IMG/VR virus record: IMGVR_UViG_3300044878_000059
Location: 64,001 to 128,000 of that record
Length of the DNA stretch: 64,000 nt
Direction: 5' to 3' (one strand)
Origin: a virus
Lineage: Duplodnaviria > Heunggongvirae > Uroviricota > Caudoviricetes
In this document: piece by piece, positions 48,230 through 57,792 of the stretch
How the letters are laid out: the number at the start of each line of letters is the position of its first letter
Position numbering within the stretch: position 1 is the stretch's first letter
The notes under the pieces: model-generated
Told to the model about the DNA's origin: nothing
Database searches by the model: none
What the model saw: only the letters and a program-made list of their open reading frames with translations
Translations under genes and position numbers: made by a program

Positions 48230-48492
48230 AACAGAATCACACCAGCCGATTTATCAATCAGGGTCAACGTGAGTTGATCGCCGTTGATCATCGCTTCCAG
48301 ATTGGCGTTCAGTTGATCTTCGGTAATCAAACCACCTTCTTGCATGGTTTGAGATTTCGGATCGATGGTGAATTCCAACGGTTTCCCGGTAGAACTCTGC
48401 ATGCAGGAAAACACAACAGCCAGCATACTCAGAATCGAGGATTTGCCGACTTGGTTTCCGCCAGATACCGTGATGGTAATTTCTTGTTTCAT
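48226..48492 (-). CDS. hypothetical protein (88 aa) with a P-loop-like motif
   Basis: ITVSGGNQVGKS. Confidence 0.65.
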   Translation of the reverse strand: MKQEITITVSGGNQVGKSSILSMLAVVFSCMQSSTGKPLEFTIDPKSQTMQEGGLITEDQLNANLEAMINGDQLTLTLIDKSAGVILL

Positions 48493-48671
48493 CGTTTGCG
48501 TTTCTCAAGAACGATTGTATGAGCTTTAGCCATAGACCAACCGGTATAGACTAAATTGATTTCTGGATCAACATAGGAACCGTCCGGGTGTTTGAAGAAG
48601 TTACCGTTGGGCAACTTCTCCTTAAACAGCCTTTCGAATTCATGTTGCTGATAGATAGGATTTTGATTCAA
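48489..48671 (-). CDS. hypothetical protein (60 aa)
   Basis: Packed ORF with ATGA-type overlaps. Confidence 0.65.
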   Translation of the reverse strand: MNQNPIYQQHEFERLFKEKLPNGNFFKHPDGSYVDPEINLVYTGWSMAKAHTIVLEKRKR

Positions 48672-49111
48672 ACCATATCCTTGTACAGCGGGAGGTGTCC
48701 AGTGATTTTATCAATCTCCGAACGTTCGGCAGGGCCAATTGCAATACAGGTCAGGTTATGTTCACCGTTGTATACGGTGCGGCCTGTATCAATGACTTTG
48801 GAACACGGCAGACCGGCACGTTGCGCTTCTGCGTAGAGGATTTCGATATCCATTTCCGAATCAATCCCGAGGACTGCTTTAGGAAAGGATTCTCGCATCC
48901 AATATTCCATGGCTTCGGAAGCTGGTTCAATAACCATACAAGACTTTTGTTGCATAGTCTTATGGTCGGTGCTTGAACCCCAGTTTCCGATGTCGAGGAA
49001 CACTTTAACGCTTGCATGAGCAACTTGAGCCGCAAGCTTGCCACTCGGCATCCGAAGATCACGCCGAGCGACAATCACTTGCTTAGGGTCTGTGAAACCA
49101 GACCGGCTCAA
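48668..49111 (-). CDS. pth2: peptidyl-tRNA hydrolase type 2 (Pth2)
   Basis: KQVIVARRDLRMPSGKLAAQVAHAS, DTGRT, IAIGPA, ITGHLPLY. Confidence 0.92.
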   Translation of the reverse strand: MSRSGFTDPKQVIVARRDLRMPSGKLAAQVAHASVKVFLDIGNWGSSTDHKTMQQKSCMVIEPASEAMEYWMRESFPKAVLGIDSEMDIEILYAEAQRAGLPCSKVIDTGRTVYNGEHNLTCIAIGPAERSEIDKITGHLPLYKDMV

Positions 49112-49663
49112 TTACGCCTTGGCTTTCAGTTGCGGACGGCGCAGACCGGTAGGCTTGGTGGAACGCTTTGGAGCGGTCTTGTCAGCCTTCGCCATGGCAC
49201 GGGCCTTGGCTTGATCACGTTCGGCCTTGGTCATCTTCGGCTTGGCGAACAGCTTGCCCTTGCGGTCGAACTGCGCTTCGTTCAGTGCAGCACGGGCCTT
49301 GCGGGCACCTTCCTGAACACGGCGACCCAGTGCAGAGATACGACCGTTCAGGAGGTTCAGTGAACGGCTCTTGACGATGCAGGCTTCGCGGGTTGCTTGT
49401 TTCAGTTCGATCAACTGTTCGGCCAGAGCCATTTGATCACGTTCACCAACGAACGGGTTGACACGGGCACCCATACGTTTCGGTGCGGTACGACCGGTGT
49501 ATGCACGGGCATCTTTTACTGCCGATGCTGCTTGCGCATCACCGGGGTGTTTTTTCAGGTGGCGGGCGAGCTTCGCAGCCTTGTTTTTACCAGCCTTGAT
49601 CATCGCTTTGTAAGCGGTGGCTTGGTTTTTCTTGGAAGCGTGTACACCCTTGAGCTTTGCCAT
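49112..49663 (-). CDS. highly basic Lys/Ala/Arg-rich protein (183 aa)
   Basis: LARHLKKHPGDAQA motif; strongly biased codons; own promoter. Confidence 0.8.
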   Translation of the reverse strand: MAKLKGVHASKKNQATAYKAMIKAGKNKAAKLARHLKKHPGDAQAASAVKDARAYTGRTAPKRMGARVNPFVGERDQMALAEQLIELKQATREACIVKSRSLNLLNGRISALGRRVQEGARKARAALNEAQFDRKGKLFAKPKMTKAERDQAKARAMAKADKTAPKRSTKPTGLRRPQLKAKA

Positions 49664-49740
49664 CTTTTTGAATCCCTATATTGATCACGATTTGTTTTGT
49701 TTCTAACCCGGTTCGTTGTGTCTGCCGGGGAAGTGAAGCC

Positions 49741-49773
49741 ATCTTGCCACACATTTCCCCAAAAGCAAACATT
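49741..49773 (-). promoter_or_regulatory. early-type promoter
   Basis: AATG-TTTGCT-N17-CAAGAT with TGn. Confidence 0.6.
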
Positions 49774-49814
49774 AAAACTGAATTATTTTTGATTTTGTTC
49801 TGTTTGAAACAGAA

Positions 49815-50123
49815 TTACGGCTTAACGATGCCGTCGATCAGGTCGAATTTGATGATCGCGACCTTTGTTTTCGGGCCTTTGCCCGGATATTCGAAGCTAC
49901 GCAGCAAGCCGGTAGACGGCAGCGGGATCACATCACCCACGGCAATCTTGCCTTCAAGCTCTGGATCGTAGGCAACAACGGTGCCGTAGGTTGGGCTTTC
50001 GCTGACTTGAACTGTTCCAAGCACGATACCACCTTGGGTGATTTCATCGCCTACGCTTTTGACGTGGCTCAGGTCGAGCAGGATTGCTTTGTTGGTCAGG
50101 CTGAATTGGTTAGGCAGGGTCAT
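49815..50123 (-). CDS. 31: GroES-like co-chaperonin (T4 gp31)
   Basis: EITQGGIVLG, GTVVA, IAVGDVI. Confidence 0.8.
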   Translation of the reverse strand: MTLPNQFSLTNKAILLDLSHVKSVGDEITQGGIVLGTVQVSESPTYGTVVAYDPELEGKIAVGDVIPLPSTGLLRSFEYPGKGPKTKVAIIKFDLIDGIVKP

Positions 50124-50295
50124 TTCGTTTCCATTTGTTCATAGAGGCAGCACGGGCGGCATCACGTTCAGCGATTGCATCCAATCGAACCTGATGTTCT
50201 TCCATGTTTTTGCGGATGTATTTGTCGTAAACGTCGAATGGCTTTGCAGCCATCCGATCAATTTCGTCTTGTGTAAAAACGACTGGAATACCCAT
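50110..50295 (-). CDS. hypothetical protein (61 aa)
   Basis: Packed ORF. Confidence 0.65.
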   Translation of the reverse strand: MGIPVVFTQDEIDRMAAKPFDVYDKYIRKNMEEHQVRLDAIAERDAARAASMNKWKRNDPA

Positions 50296-50606
50296 TATTC
50301 AGGGGTGCTACCAACGTGGTACACAGTGTCAATGCGGAATGTACGCCATTCTTCTTTATCAAGATCGAAGACGCGAACCGCAGCTTCGGTGAATGGCTTG
50401 GTGGTTTCGGTGCCGTAAACGTCTTTCCAACGGTCACCAAGCAACATTTTGATCACCGGCAGGTTTCGGGTGCAACGCATGATGCGGTCGGAACCATCAA
50501 CCTTGGTGAATCGAACATAAGTCACGCCCAAATCGGTTTGACTCAGGATGAAATCGCGTGGGAATTTGTGGCCGGTAGGGAAACCAGCGGGAACAGTAGT
50601 GGTCAT
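50295..50606 (-). CDS. 31.1: T4 gp31.1-like SH3/WYL-fold protein
   Basis: VRFTKVDGSDRIMRCTR, VFDLDKEEWRTFRID. Confidence 0.8.
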   Translation of the reverse strand: MTTTVPAGFPTGHKFPRDFILSQTDLGVTYVRFTKVDGSDRIMRCTRNLPVIKMLLGDRWKDVYGTETTKPFTEAAVRVFDLDKEEWRTFRIDTVYHVGSTPE

Positions 50607-51058
50607 TGAAGCTCCAATGTATTTTCTTCATAAATGGTCAGGGAAATCCCCAGTTCAGCGGCCAGTTCTGTTACTTCGTCAGCGGTGGCATACCAACGCT
50701 TTCGGAAATCTTCACTACCACTCAGACAGATGACGTTCATCAAACGTCTTTGTTTCATTCGACACAAACAGTTGACACATGGCGGGTGTGTGATATAGAT
50801 CGTACACCCATCGAAGTATTGACGGTTTGAGAATGACATGCAGTTGTCTTCGGCATGCAACGTGTGACGATACTTGAATTCGCGGTTGTTCAGTCGTTCC
50901 GGTGTGTCCTTCATGCCTCTGGGGAACCCGTTGTAGCCGTGGCCTACTGGGTTGCCGTCTGCGTCCGCAATGTACGCACCGACCTTTGTTGAAGGGTCTT
51001 TCGACCATGACGCGGCGAGCTTGGCGTAGTCAAAGTATCGTTTCAGCTTTTGATCCAT
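50603..51058 (-). CDS. cd: dCMP deaminase
   Basis: SKDPSTKVGA, GYNGFPRG, HAEDN, PCVNC. Confidence 0.93.
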   Translation of the reverse strand: MDQKLKRYFDYAKLAASWSKDPSTKVGAYIADADGNPVGHGYNGFPRGMKDTPERLNNREFKYRHTLHAEDNCMSFSNRQYFDGCTIYITHPPCVNCLCRMKQRRLMNVICLSGSEDFRKRWYATADEVTELAAELGISLTIYEENTLELQ

Positions 51059-51177
51059 TACCTACCGATCATCAGGTACATCCCGAACGCTACGGCAATG
51101 ATAGAACTGCCGTGTTCGGTCATGAATGTGACCAGTGGAAGGTGACGCATCGTGTATTCAATCAATTTTGTTTTCAT
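51058..51177 (-). CDS. small hypothetical protein (39 aa)
   Basis: Read by hand: MKTKLIEYTMRHLPLVTFMTEHGSSIIAVAFGMYLMIGR*. Confidence 0.5.
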   Translation of the reverse strand: MKTKLIEYTMRHLPLVTFMTEHGSSIIAVAFGMYLMIGR

Positions 51178-51183
51178 GTGCAA

Positions 51184-51216
51184 ATACTACCATAACGAGG
51201 GTTGATCCTAAACATT
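51184..51216 (-). promoter_or_regulatory. early-type promoter
   Basis: AATG-TTTAGG-N17-TAGTAT with TGn. Confidence 0.65.
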
Positions 51217-51548
51217 CACTGACGTTTTTTGTTCAGGTCTTCAATTACATCAATCAGGATTGATTGACGGTTCGCGCATTCATTGAGCAACGTCAGGTTG
51301 TGAATCTCAATGACTGATGCCACCTCCGGTGGGAGTGGCGTGGTTTTGGTCGATTCTGGCAGCTCCACCAACAGATTTAGCGGGCATTTCTGTAGCAGGT
51401 ACGTTTCTACGTGTATCGGCTCCTGCTTTGATTGTACCGATTGCTGCGTTGTACACGCGGCTATAGTCACTACCAAGATCAGGACACAAAGGTGCTTGAA
51501 TGGTAGCAGCCTGTTTGATAATGACTTCGAGTTTTTGTTTTGTATCAT
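51216..51548 (-). CDS. o-spanin lipoprotein (Rz1 / pseT.2-like); true start probably downstream of 51548
   Basis: Hydrophobic stretch with lipobox IAAC; overlaps the i-spanin in another frame. Confidence 0.7.
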   Translation of the reverse strand: MIQNKNSKSLSNRLLPFKHLCVLILVVTIAACTTQQSVQSKQEPIHVETYLLQKCPLNLLVELPESTKTTPLPPEVASVIEIHNLTLLNECANRQSILIDVIEDLNKKRQ

Positions 51549-51759
51549 TGGTGTTCACCATACCGGTGTTGGTAATGTCGTGGGCCGCTTGCCATTCGAT
51601 CTGTGCCTGTGCTACAGCCGCTTTGATGGCAATGTTGTTGTCACTGGTCACCTTAGCTGCATGCGCCTCATAGCCGAGGTTGTAGAGCTTGTAACCACCG
51701 AAGATCAGACCAAGGGCGATTGCGGCCCCGGCGATCCATTTGATTTCGTCTGCAAACAT
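51307..51759 (-). CDS. i-spanin (Rz / pseT.3-like)
   Basis: N-terminal transmembrane anchor, coiled coil, periplasmic Cys. Confidence 0.75.
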   Translation of the reverse strand: MFADEIKWIAGAAIALGLIFGGYKLYNLGYEAHAAKVTSDNNIAIKAAVAQAQIEWQAAHDITNTGMVNTNDTKQKLEVIIKQAATIQAPLCPDLGSDYSRVYNAAIGTIKAGADTRRNVPATEMPAKSVGGAARIDQNHATPTGGGISH

Positions 51760-51770
51760 TCCGTTCTCAC

Positions 51771-51797
51771 AAAAGAAAGGGGCCGAATGGCCCCTTT
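51771..51797 (-). terminator. intrinsic terminator after nrdB
   Basis: GGGGCC-ATTC-GGCCCC followed by TTTCTTTT. Confidence 0.8.
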
Positions 51798-51803
51798 GAT
51801 AAA

Positions 51804-52844
51804 TTACAGCTTATCCCAACCGCTCAGAGAGCCAGCTTGGTTATAAGATGTGGTTGTTGTCTCAAAGAAGTTTTCGCGGGTGGAACCTTCTTGAGCGGAC
51901 TGGTTCAAGTGCTTGTACGGATTTGATACATCCGGGTACAGCTTTTCAATACCAATACGTTCCAGACGGTCATTCGCCAAATCCATTACGAAATCGGCGG
52001 AACTTTTCTTGCTGATACCCAGAATCTTGTTGCCGTAGATTTCATGGCACCAACTGATTTCTTCTTCAACTGCACGACCAAACATGTCTTGGATCATTGC
52101 AGTGTGTTTCTTGATCCCGGCTTTTGTTCCGGTCATTTCGTCCTTGATAACGTTCATGTTCAAACCAACGTGGGTCAGTTCGTCACGACGGATGTAGTCA
52201 ATTACCTTGTCAGTCTTCACCAGCTTCTGACGGTGTGCCAGTTGGTCGAAGAACTGGAAGCCTTGATAGAAATACACGCCTTCAAGGATGTAGTTCGCGA
52301 TCATGACCTTTTGGAAGCCTTGACGGGTTTGAGTTTCAAGGAACTCTTGACCAGCATCCGCGATGAACTTGTTACGCTGCAACAGAAGCGGGTTGTCACG
52401 CCATCTATCGTAGATTTTGTTCCGTTCATCCGACTCATACAGACTTTCAAGAATGTATTGATACGATTCGGTGTGGATTACTTCTTGGAATCCCTGAATG
52501 GTGAACAGGTTCTTCACAGCCGGTGCGGTGATGTATTCCGCGATGTTCGGCAGGTTGTTGGTTTGATACGAGTCCAAGAAGATCAGGAAACTCAATGTAT
52601 CTTTCACCGCCGAGTTTTCATCGGCAGTCAGGTTTGCTTTCGAGATAACATCCTCGTTCAAGCTAACCTTCTGTGGAATCCAGAAGTTACCAATCATGGT
52701 TTTGTACAGCGGGTTAACCCACTTGTGTTTGATTTGGTTCAGGTTGGAAATCCCGGTAGGGTTACCACCAATCAGTTTCTGTTCACTGATTGCATCATTG
52801 CCGTTGATGTTAAACAGCAATGGTTTTTGAAGTTTATCGCTCAT
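51804..52844 (-). CDS. nrdB: class I ribonucleotide reductase beta subunit
   Basis: NFWIPQ, QEVIHTESY, LEGVYFYQGF, IRRDELTH, ENFFE. Confidence 0.96.
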   Translation of the reverse strand: MSDKLQKPLLFNINGNDAISEQKLIGGNPTGISNLNQIKHKWVNPLYKTMIGNFWIPQKVSLNEDVISKANLTADENSAVKDTLSFLIFLDSYQTNNLPNIAEYITAPAVKNLFTIQGFQEVIHTESYQYILESLYESDERNKIYDRWRDNPLLLQRNKFIADAGQEFLETQTRQGFQKVMIANYILEGVYFYQGFQFFDQLAHRQKLVKTDKVIDYIRRDELTHVGLNMNVIKDEMTGTKAGIKKHTAMIQDMFGRAVEEEISWCHEIYGNKILGISKKSSADFVMDLANDRLERIGIEKLYPDVSNPYKHLNQSAQEGSTRENFFETTTTSYNQAGSLSGWDKL

Positions 52845-52894
52845 CTTTCACTCTTGTTCATAAAGCGGCCATTGCTGGCCGCAATTCAATTTGA

Positions 52895-55078
52895 TCAGCC
52901 TGCGCAAGCCGCACAAACTTCGTCTTTACCGGAAACGGTTTCACCTTCTTTGATGGTACGGACGTAATAAACCGTCTTGTTACCATTCTGGTGAGATTGT
53001 TCGTAAACATCCCAAACCCATTTAGCATCTACACCCGGCAAGTTCATGTTGATCACGTATTCGGCAGAGATACCGGTGTCAACGTACTTTTGCAGACCAC
53101 CAACTGTTTTAGTCAGGTCGGCTGGGTAGTAAGTACCAATGTTGCGAGAATAGTTCAGCGGGTTTTCTTTGATGAACATCGCAGAAACCGGCATCTTCCC
53201 GTCTTTGTTATCTTCGTAGAAGAATCCAGCGTATACAGGCATTGGCCCCGCAGAAGCATCCATGAAAATGGAAGAACTGGTATTCGGTGCCGGGGAAGTC
53301 AATTGGCTGTTACGGATACCGTACAGGTCAATTTGAGTTTGAACGTATTCCCATGTACCCGGTGGCAACTGGCTGTGTTTCGCATAGTGCGCTGTCAGCT
53401 CGCCGGTATCCCACATCGAACCTTTGAACGCTGGATAAGCACCACGTTCTTTCGCCAGTTCAATCGATTCCAGTACGCAACCGTATTGAATCAATTCCGC
53501 AACTTGCATCGCGAACATATGATCGGTGTAAGGCTTGTTGTACTTCGCGAAGATATCGTGCAGACCCTGAATACCAACACCGATAGTACGGTACTTGTTA
53601 TTGTGGAACTTACTGATTTCAACTGGTGGTCGAGTCAGTTCAATACCGTTATCCAGAATACGGGTAGCCACGCGAGCTTGAGCTGTCAGTTCTTCGAGGG
53701 TATCGCAACGACCAACAACAATACTTGCAAGGTTACATGTGTGAGCTTCGACATCAGCATCAATGTTCGAGTACGATTCAACGCACAGGTTCGCACACTT
53801 GATAACACCGCAGTGTTTGTTCGGGTTCATGCGGTTAACGGTATCAGTCCAGAACACGTAAGGCATGCCGGTTTCAACCACAACTTGCAAGAACTTGATC
53901 CAGTGAGCTTTAGCGTTATACACGCGAACTACTTCAAGATCACCTTTGTGGTATGCAGCAACACACTGCCAGTAAGCATCTTCAAACGCATCGCCCCACA
54001 ACAGGTCAAGACGAATACCCAAAACCTTTTCAACTTCGTATGGGCAGAAGGTGTGCCACAGTTCGTCGTCGTTGTTTTTCAGACGCATGAACAGGTCTGG
54101 AACACAGATTTGAGGTTTGATGTCGAAACACTTCTTACGCGGGTCACCGGCTTCGGTCTGGATGTCCAGATAGTTCGAAATATCGGCGTGCCACATCGGC
54201 AATGCAACAGTAATCGCACCGGCACGTTTACCGGCTTGGTTGACATACACGGCTACATCGTTCAGGAACTTAACCCAACCGAAGATACCACCGGCCTTGC
54301 CTTTCTGACCCATCAGCGACGATCCAAGGGCACGCACGCGACCCATGTAAACGCCCATACCACCACCGAGCTTGGAGATTTCCGCAGCACGTTTGATGTT
54401 ATCCATGATCGAATCGAGGTTGTCATCGATTTCAAGGATAAAGCAGGAACTGATGTTACCGTTTTTGCGAAGGTTGCTCAGCCATGGAGTTGCTTGAGAA
54501 ATCTTGCGGTTAGACAACGAATCATACACTGTTTTTGTGAAATCTAAACGCTTTTGGTCAGTATTTTCAACAGACGAAATGATCATCGAGTTTGTCATGA
54601 ACATGTGTTGAATCAGTTCGTCGTCGTGCAGGTATTTGTTTTCCGCAGTGACCGCCGATGCAAAGCTGTGATTCAGATCGCGTTCAGGTACAAGATGTTC
54701 ACCCAGTTCTACAAGTTCTTCATAAGAGAACGATTTGATACCGGGGTGTGTGTAATCTTCGGTTTCCAACTGAGACTTGATATAGTCTCCGAAATCCATT
54801 TCATAATTCTTGGAGTCAGACCATCGACCCATCGTTTTCAAACGACCGGCAACAAGTGTCCACTCTGGGGTTTCTGGTGTAGCGAGAATGATCGCGTGAT
54901 GAATCAAGTTTTGATTAATCTGGCGAGTTTCGATGCCGTCGTAAATGAACTGATCGAATTTGGATTCCAACTCAAGGGGGTTTACATCCAGATTTTCACA
55001 CGCGAGTTGAATAGCGTATTTAATCTTTGAAACGTCATAGGTGGCTCTACGCCCGTCCCGTTTAATTACTTCTGTCAT
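52895..55078 (-). CDS. nrdA: class I ribonucleotide reductase alpha subunit with ATP cone
   Basis: VIKRDGR ATP cone, SSCF, ANLCVE, CNLAS, APNTSSS, C-terminal CAAC. Confidence 0.97.
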   Translation of the reverse strand: MTEVIKRDGRRATYDVSKIKYAIQLACENLDVNPLELESKFDQFIYDGIETRQINQNLIHHAIILATPETPEWTLVAGRLKTMGRWSDSKNYEMDFGDYIKSQLETEDYTHPGIKSFSYEELVELGEHLVPERDLNHSFASAVTAENKYLHDDELIQHMFMTNSMIISSVENTDQKRLDFTKTVYDSLSNRKISQATPWLSNLRKNGNISSCFILEIDDNLDSIMDNIKRAAEISKLGGGMGVYMGRVRALGSSLMGQKGKAGGIFGWVKFLNDVAVYVNQAGKRAGAITVALPMWHADISNYLDIQTEAGDPRKKCFDIKPQICVPDLFMRLKNNDDELWHTFCPYEVEKVLGIRLDLLWGDAFEDAYWQCVAAYHKGDLEVVRVYNAKAHWIKFLQVVVETGMPYVFWTDTVNRMNPNKHCGVIKCANLCVESYSNIDADVEAHTCNLASIVVGRCDTLEELTAQARVATRILDNGIELTRPPVEISKFHNNKYRTIGVGIQGLHDIFAKYNKPYTDHMFAMQVAELIQYGCVLESIELAKERGAYPAFKGSMWDTGELTAHYAKHSQLPPGTWEYVQTQIDLYGIRNSQLTSPAPNTSSSIFMDASAGPMPVYAGFFYEDNKDGKMPVSAMFIKENPLNYSRNIGTYYPADLTKTVGGLQKYVDTGISAEYVINMNLPGVDAKWVWDVYEQSHQNGNKTVYYVRTIKEGETVSGKDEVCAACAG

Positions 55079-55136
55079 TACTACCTCAAAATCTTAGATA
55101 GGGTAGTTTCTTACCCGTGCATGATTGGATATGTAT

Positions 55137-55349
55137 TTATGCTCTATCCACAGAGCTTTTGATCATTTCAAGTGATTCTTTGATTTGTGTTTCAACAAAA
55201 TCCAACAAATACAGTGGAATCCGATTGCCGTATTGGTCACGGAAATCTTCACCAAGATTCAAGTGGTCACGGAACATGTCCAGATTCGCCAGAGCGCATT
55301 CAAGCTGATCCTCTGGCGTTTCCTTCATGCTAAGGCAGAACAGCCCCAT
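55137..55349 (-). CDS. hypothetical protein (70 aa or shorter)
   Basis: ORF between td and nrdA. Confidence 0.55.
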   Translation of the reverse strand: MGLFCLSMKETPEDQLECALANLDMFRDHLNLGEDFRDQYGNRIPLYLLDFVETQIKESLEMIKSSVDRA

Positions 55350-56296
55350 TACACCGCCATAGGGGCTTTAATAGCCGCATGCGATTCGTAGCCTTCCAGC
55401 TCGAAGTCACTGACAGATGCGTTCTCGAAATCTTCCAGAGTTCTCAGACTTGGATGAATCCACAGTTTAGGTGCAGCCAACGGTTCACGACTCAGTTGTT
55501 CCAATACTTGTTCAGTGTGGTTGGAATAGATGTGAGTATCACCAAGTTGCCCGGTCAGATAACGCGGGGTCTTCTTGAGGATTCGACCGAAGATCGCCAA
55601 CAGCAAAGCATATGATGCAATGTTGAACGGCAGACCCAAGAAACTATCTACAGAACGTTGCGTCCACAACAGGTCGATGTGGTCACCGGTAATACGGATT
55701 TGGAAGCCGTAGTGACACGGTGGGAGCGTCATCAGGTGTTGTTGGGCAGGGTTCCATGCAGTAACGATCAATCGACGGCATTCGGGGTTTGTAGCGGCTC
55801 TGTCGAGCAGGTTTCGAATCTGGTCGATACGGCGACGGTAGAAGTCCACACCAATGAATGTATCTTGGGCGAACATACGGTAATCCATATCTTCTAAATC
55901 GTTATCTTCGTATGCGTGTGCGGTAACGATGTCCAGACGATTACGCCATTGACCGCCATACACCGGCCCAAGCTCGCCATCGGTATAACCCAATGCTTTG
56001 CCCTGAACTTCGTAGTTCGCGTCCCAGATGGTTTTCTTGTCGAGATTGAAGCGATGTTCTTCGCCATGCAGAAGTGCGCGAAGCTCATTTACGTTGGTCG
56101 AACCTTTCAGGAACCACAGAAGTTCTGATACTACAGATTTCCATGCCAGTTTCTTCGCCGTTACAGCCGGGAAACCATCCAGAAGGTTGAATTTGATTTG
56201 TTCACCGAAGATAGCCAGTGTACCGACTTGGGTACGATCAATGACTTTTTCACCTTCGTTCAGAATCTTGCGATAAAGTTGGTTAAGCTCTTTCAA
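55349..56296 (-). CDS. td: thymidylate synthase (ThyA type), no intron
   Basis: DRTQVGT, LPPCH, QRSVDSFLGLPFNIASY. Confidence 0.96.
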   Translation of the reverse strand: MKELNQLYRKILNEGEKVIDRTQVGTLAIFGEQIKFNLLDGFPAVTAKKLAWKSVVSELLWFLKGSTNVNELRALLHGEEHRFNLDKKTIWDANYEVQGKALGYTDGELGPVYGGQWRNRLDIVTAHAYEDNDLEDMDYRMFAQDTFIGVDFYRRRIDQIRNLLDRAATNPECRRLIVTAWNPAQQHLMTLPPCHYGFQIRITGDHIDLLWTQRSVDSFLGLPFNIASYALLLAIFGRILKKTPRYLTGQLGDTHIYSNHTEQVLEQLSREPLAAPKLWIHPSLRTLEDFENASVSDFELEGYESHAAIKAPMAV

Positions 56297-56793
56297 TGTT
56301 TCGGCCTAGTATATGTTTCAAACAATAAATCCGGTTGACCATCGCCACCGGGCACTTTCACTTCATATTCCAGCTTGTATGACTGTTGCATCAGCCCACG
56401 CATATCAAAGTATGTGTCACCCTGATAGTTCTCTTGGACTAATGTTACATGGACTTGCTCAGCGTATTCGTAGAAGTCTTGATAGACTTTCGCACCACCG
56501 ATGATCACGATATCTTGATCTGGGTACGCCGCGTTGATTGCAGCCATGACTTCATCGGGAGTACCTTTCACCAGCATGTCAGGGCCGGTCAATTCTTGGT
56601 TGGTAATCACGATATTAATTCGGTTGGGTAATTTCTTTGGGAGTGATTCCCAAGTAGTTCTTCCCATAACTACGATTTTGTTTTTGGTGTGATGGATGAA
56701 CCATTTCATATCGGCAACCATATGGGGCCATGGTAAATCACCGTTACGACCAATTACTGCTGTTGAACTTGTTGCATATATCAAAGAAATCAA
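56293..56793 (-). CDS. frd: dihydrofolate reductase (TTG start)
   Basis: IGRNGDLPW, VMGRTTWESLP, IIGGAKVY; SD GGGGA upstream of TTG 56793. Confidence 0.93.
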   Translation of the reverse strand: MISLIYATSSTAVIGRNGDLPWPHMVADMKWFIHHTKNKIVVMGRTTWESLPKKLPNRINIVITNQELTGPDMLVKGTPDEVMAAINAAYPDQDIVIIGGAKVYQDFYEYAEQVHVTLVQENYQGDTYFDMRGLMQQSYKLEYEVKVPGGDGQPDLLFETYTRPKH

Positions 56794-56803
56794 ATTGTTC
56801 CCC

Positions 56804-56827
56804 AAAGAAAAGGGGCCGAATGGCCCC
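56804..56827 (-). terminator. intrinsic terminator after gene 32
   Basis: GGGGCC-ATTC-GGCCCC followed by TTTT. Confidence 0.8.
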
Positions 56828-56841
56828 ATTTCAAATTTGAA

Positions 56842-57792
56842 TTAATCCAGCGATGCAAGGAATGCATCCAGATCGTCGGCAACATCAGGTTCTGCACCAC
56901 CAGCTTTACCGGTTGGTTCATCGAACGGAATGTCGTCGGTTTGTACTACAGTCTTCGCCGGTTCTTTGTGAACACGGGTCGGATTCTGTGCTTGGGCTTC
57001 TGCTACTTCGCGTTCCATTGCGGTCGGCTTACGTGCGGCAGTTGCACCGGTAGCACGGGCATAAGACTTCTCAAGGTCTTCTTTCGACTTGAATTGCTTC
57101 TCATCGGTGATTGGCTTGAGTGGGTGCATACCCTTCCAAACTGCTTCCAACTTCGCTTCATCACCGCCGAACAGTTCCGACACAGGGCCGAATACAGAAT
57201 CGTCGTAGTTAGCGAAACCCGAAACTTGCTTAACTTTCAGGTAGAAGTTTGCACCGTCGAATACGTCAGTTACAACGATTGGTTGGATTTCTTCGATGGT
57301 TGGTGCGGCAGCCGCTTGGATTTTTTCGAAGATTTTCTTACCGAAACGGTATTTGAAAACCTTACCAACTGCTTCTGGGTTTGCTTCATCTTTGATAACA
57401 ACGATGTTAGCCCAGTAGGACAGTTTACGGGAACGTTTCGACGCCAGATCAGCGTCAGCTTTGTTACCGGCCTTACCCGATTCGAACAGTGCGCCGTTAG
57501 TGCTGCACACAGGGCAATCGTCGTAAGAACCACCGATGGTGGTTGCACAGTTTTCAATGTACCACTTGTTGGTAACAGGGTCTTTGAAGCTGTGGTTGTA
57601 GATTTTTACAAACGGAACCAGTTCGCCGTTTTCACCCTTTGCAGGCAAGAAACGAATGGTCGCTGCACCGTTACCGGCTTTGTCCGAAGTCAATACCCAT
57701 TCAGTTGGGTCTTTTTCAAACTTTTGAGTACCGGAAAGGGTTGCCAGTTGTGCGGCCAGATCAGCGGTAGATTGTTTGTTACGTGTAAACAT
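56842..57792 (-). CDS. 32: single-stranded DNA binding protein (T4 gp32)
   Basis: IRFLPA, WYIENC...CPVC, YWANI, acidic tail DLDAFLASLD. Confidence 0.97.
   Translation of the reverse strand: MFTRNKQSTADLAAQLATLSGTQKFEKDPTEWVLTSDKAGNGAATIRFLPAKGENGELVPFVKIYNHSFKDPVTNKWYIENCATTIGGSYDDCPVCSTNGALFESGKAGNKADADLASKRSRKLSYWANIVVIKDEANPEAVGKVFKYRFGKKIFEKIQAAAAPTIEEIQPIVVTDVFDGANFYLKVKQVSGFANYDDSVFGPVSELFGGDEAKLEAVWKGMHPLKPITDEKQFKSKEDLEKSYARATGATAARKPTAMEREVAEAQAQNPTRVHKEPAKTVVQTDDIPFDEPTGKAGGAEPDVADDLDAFLASLD

Noticed and set aside
51751-51762. Another AATGTTTGC early promoter
   Set aside because: It is the ATG TTT GCA start of the i-spanin and has no -10 element at the right spacing.
55349-56296. 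Hypermodified-base synthase (dCMP or dUMP hydroxymethylase)
   Set aside because: Canonical ThyA motifs including PFN specificity Asn, next to DHFR; no evidence for base modification in this window.
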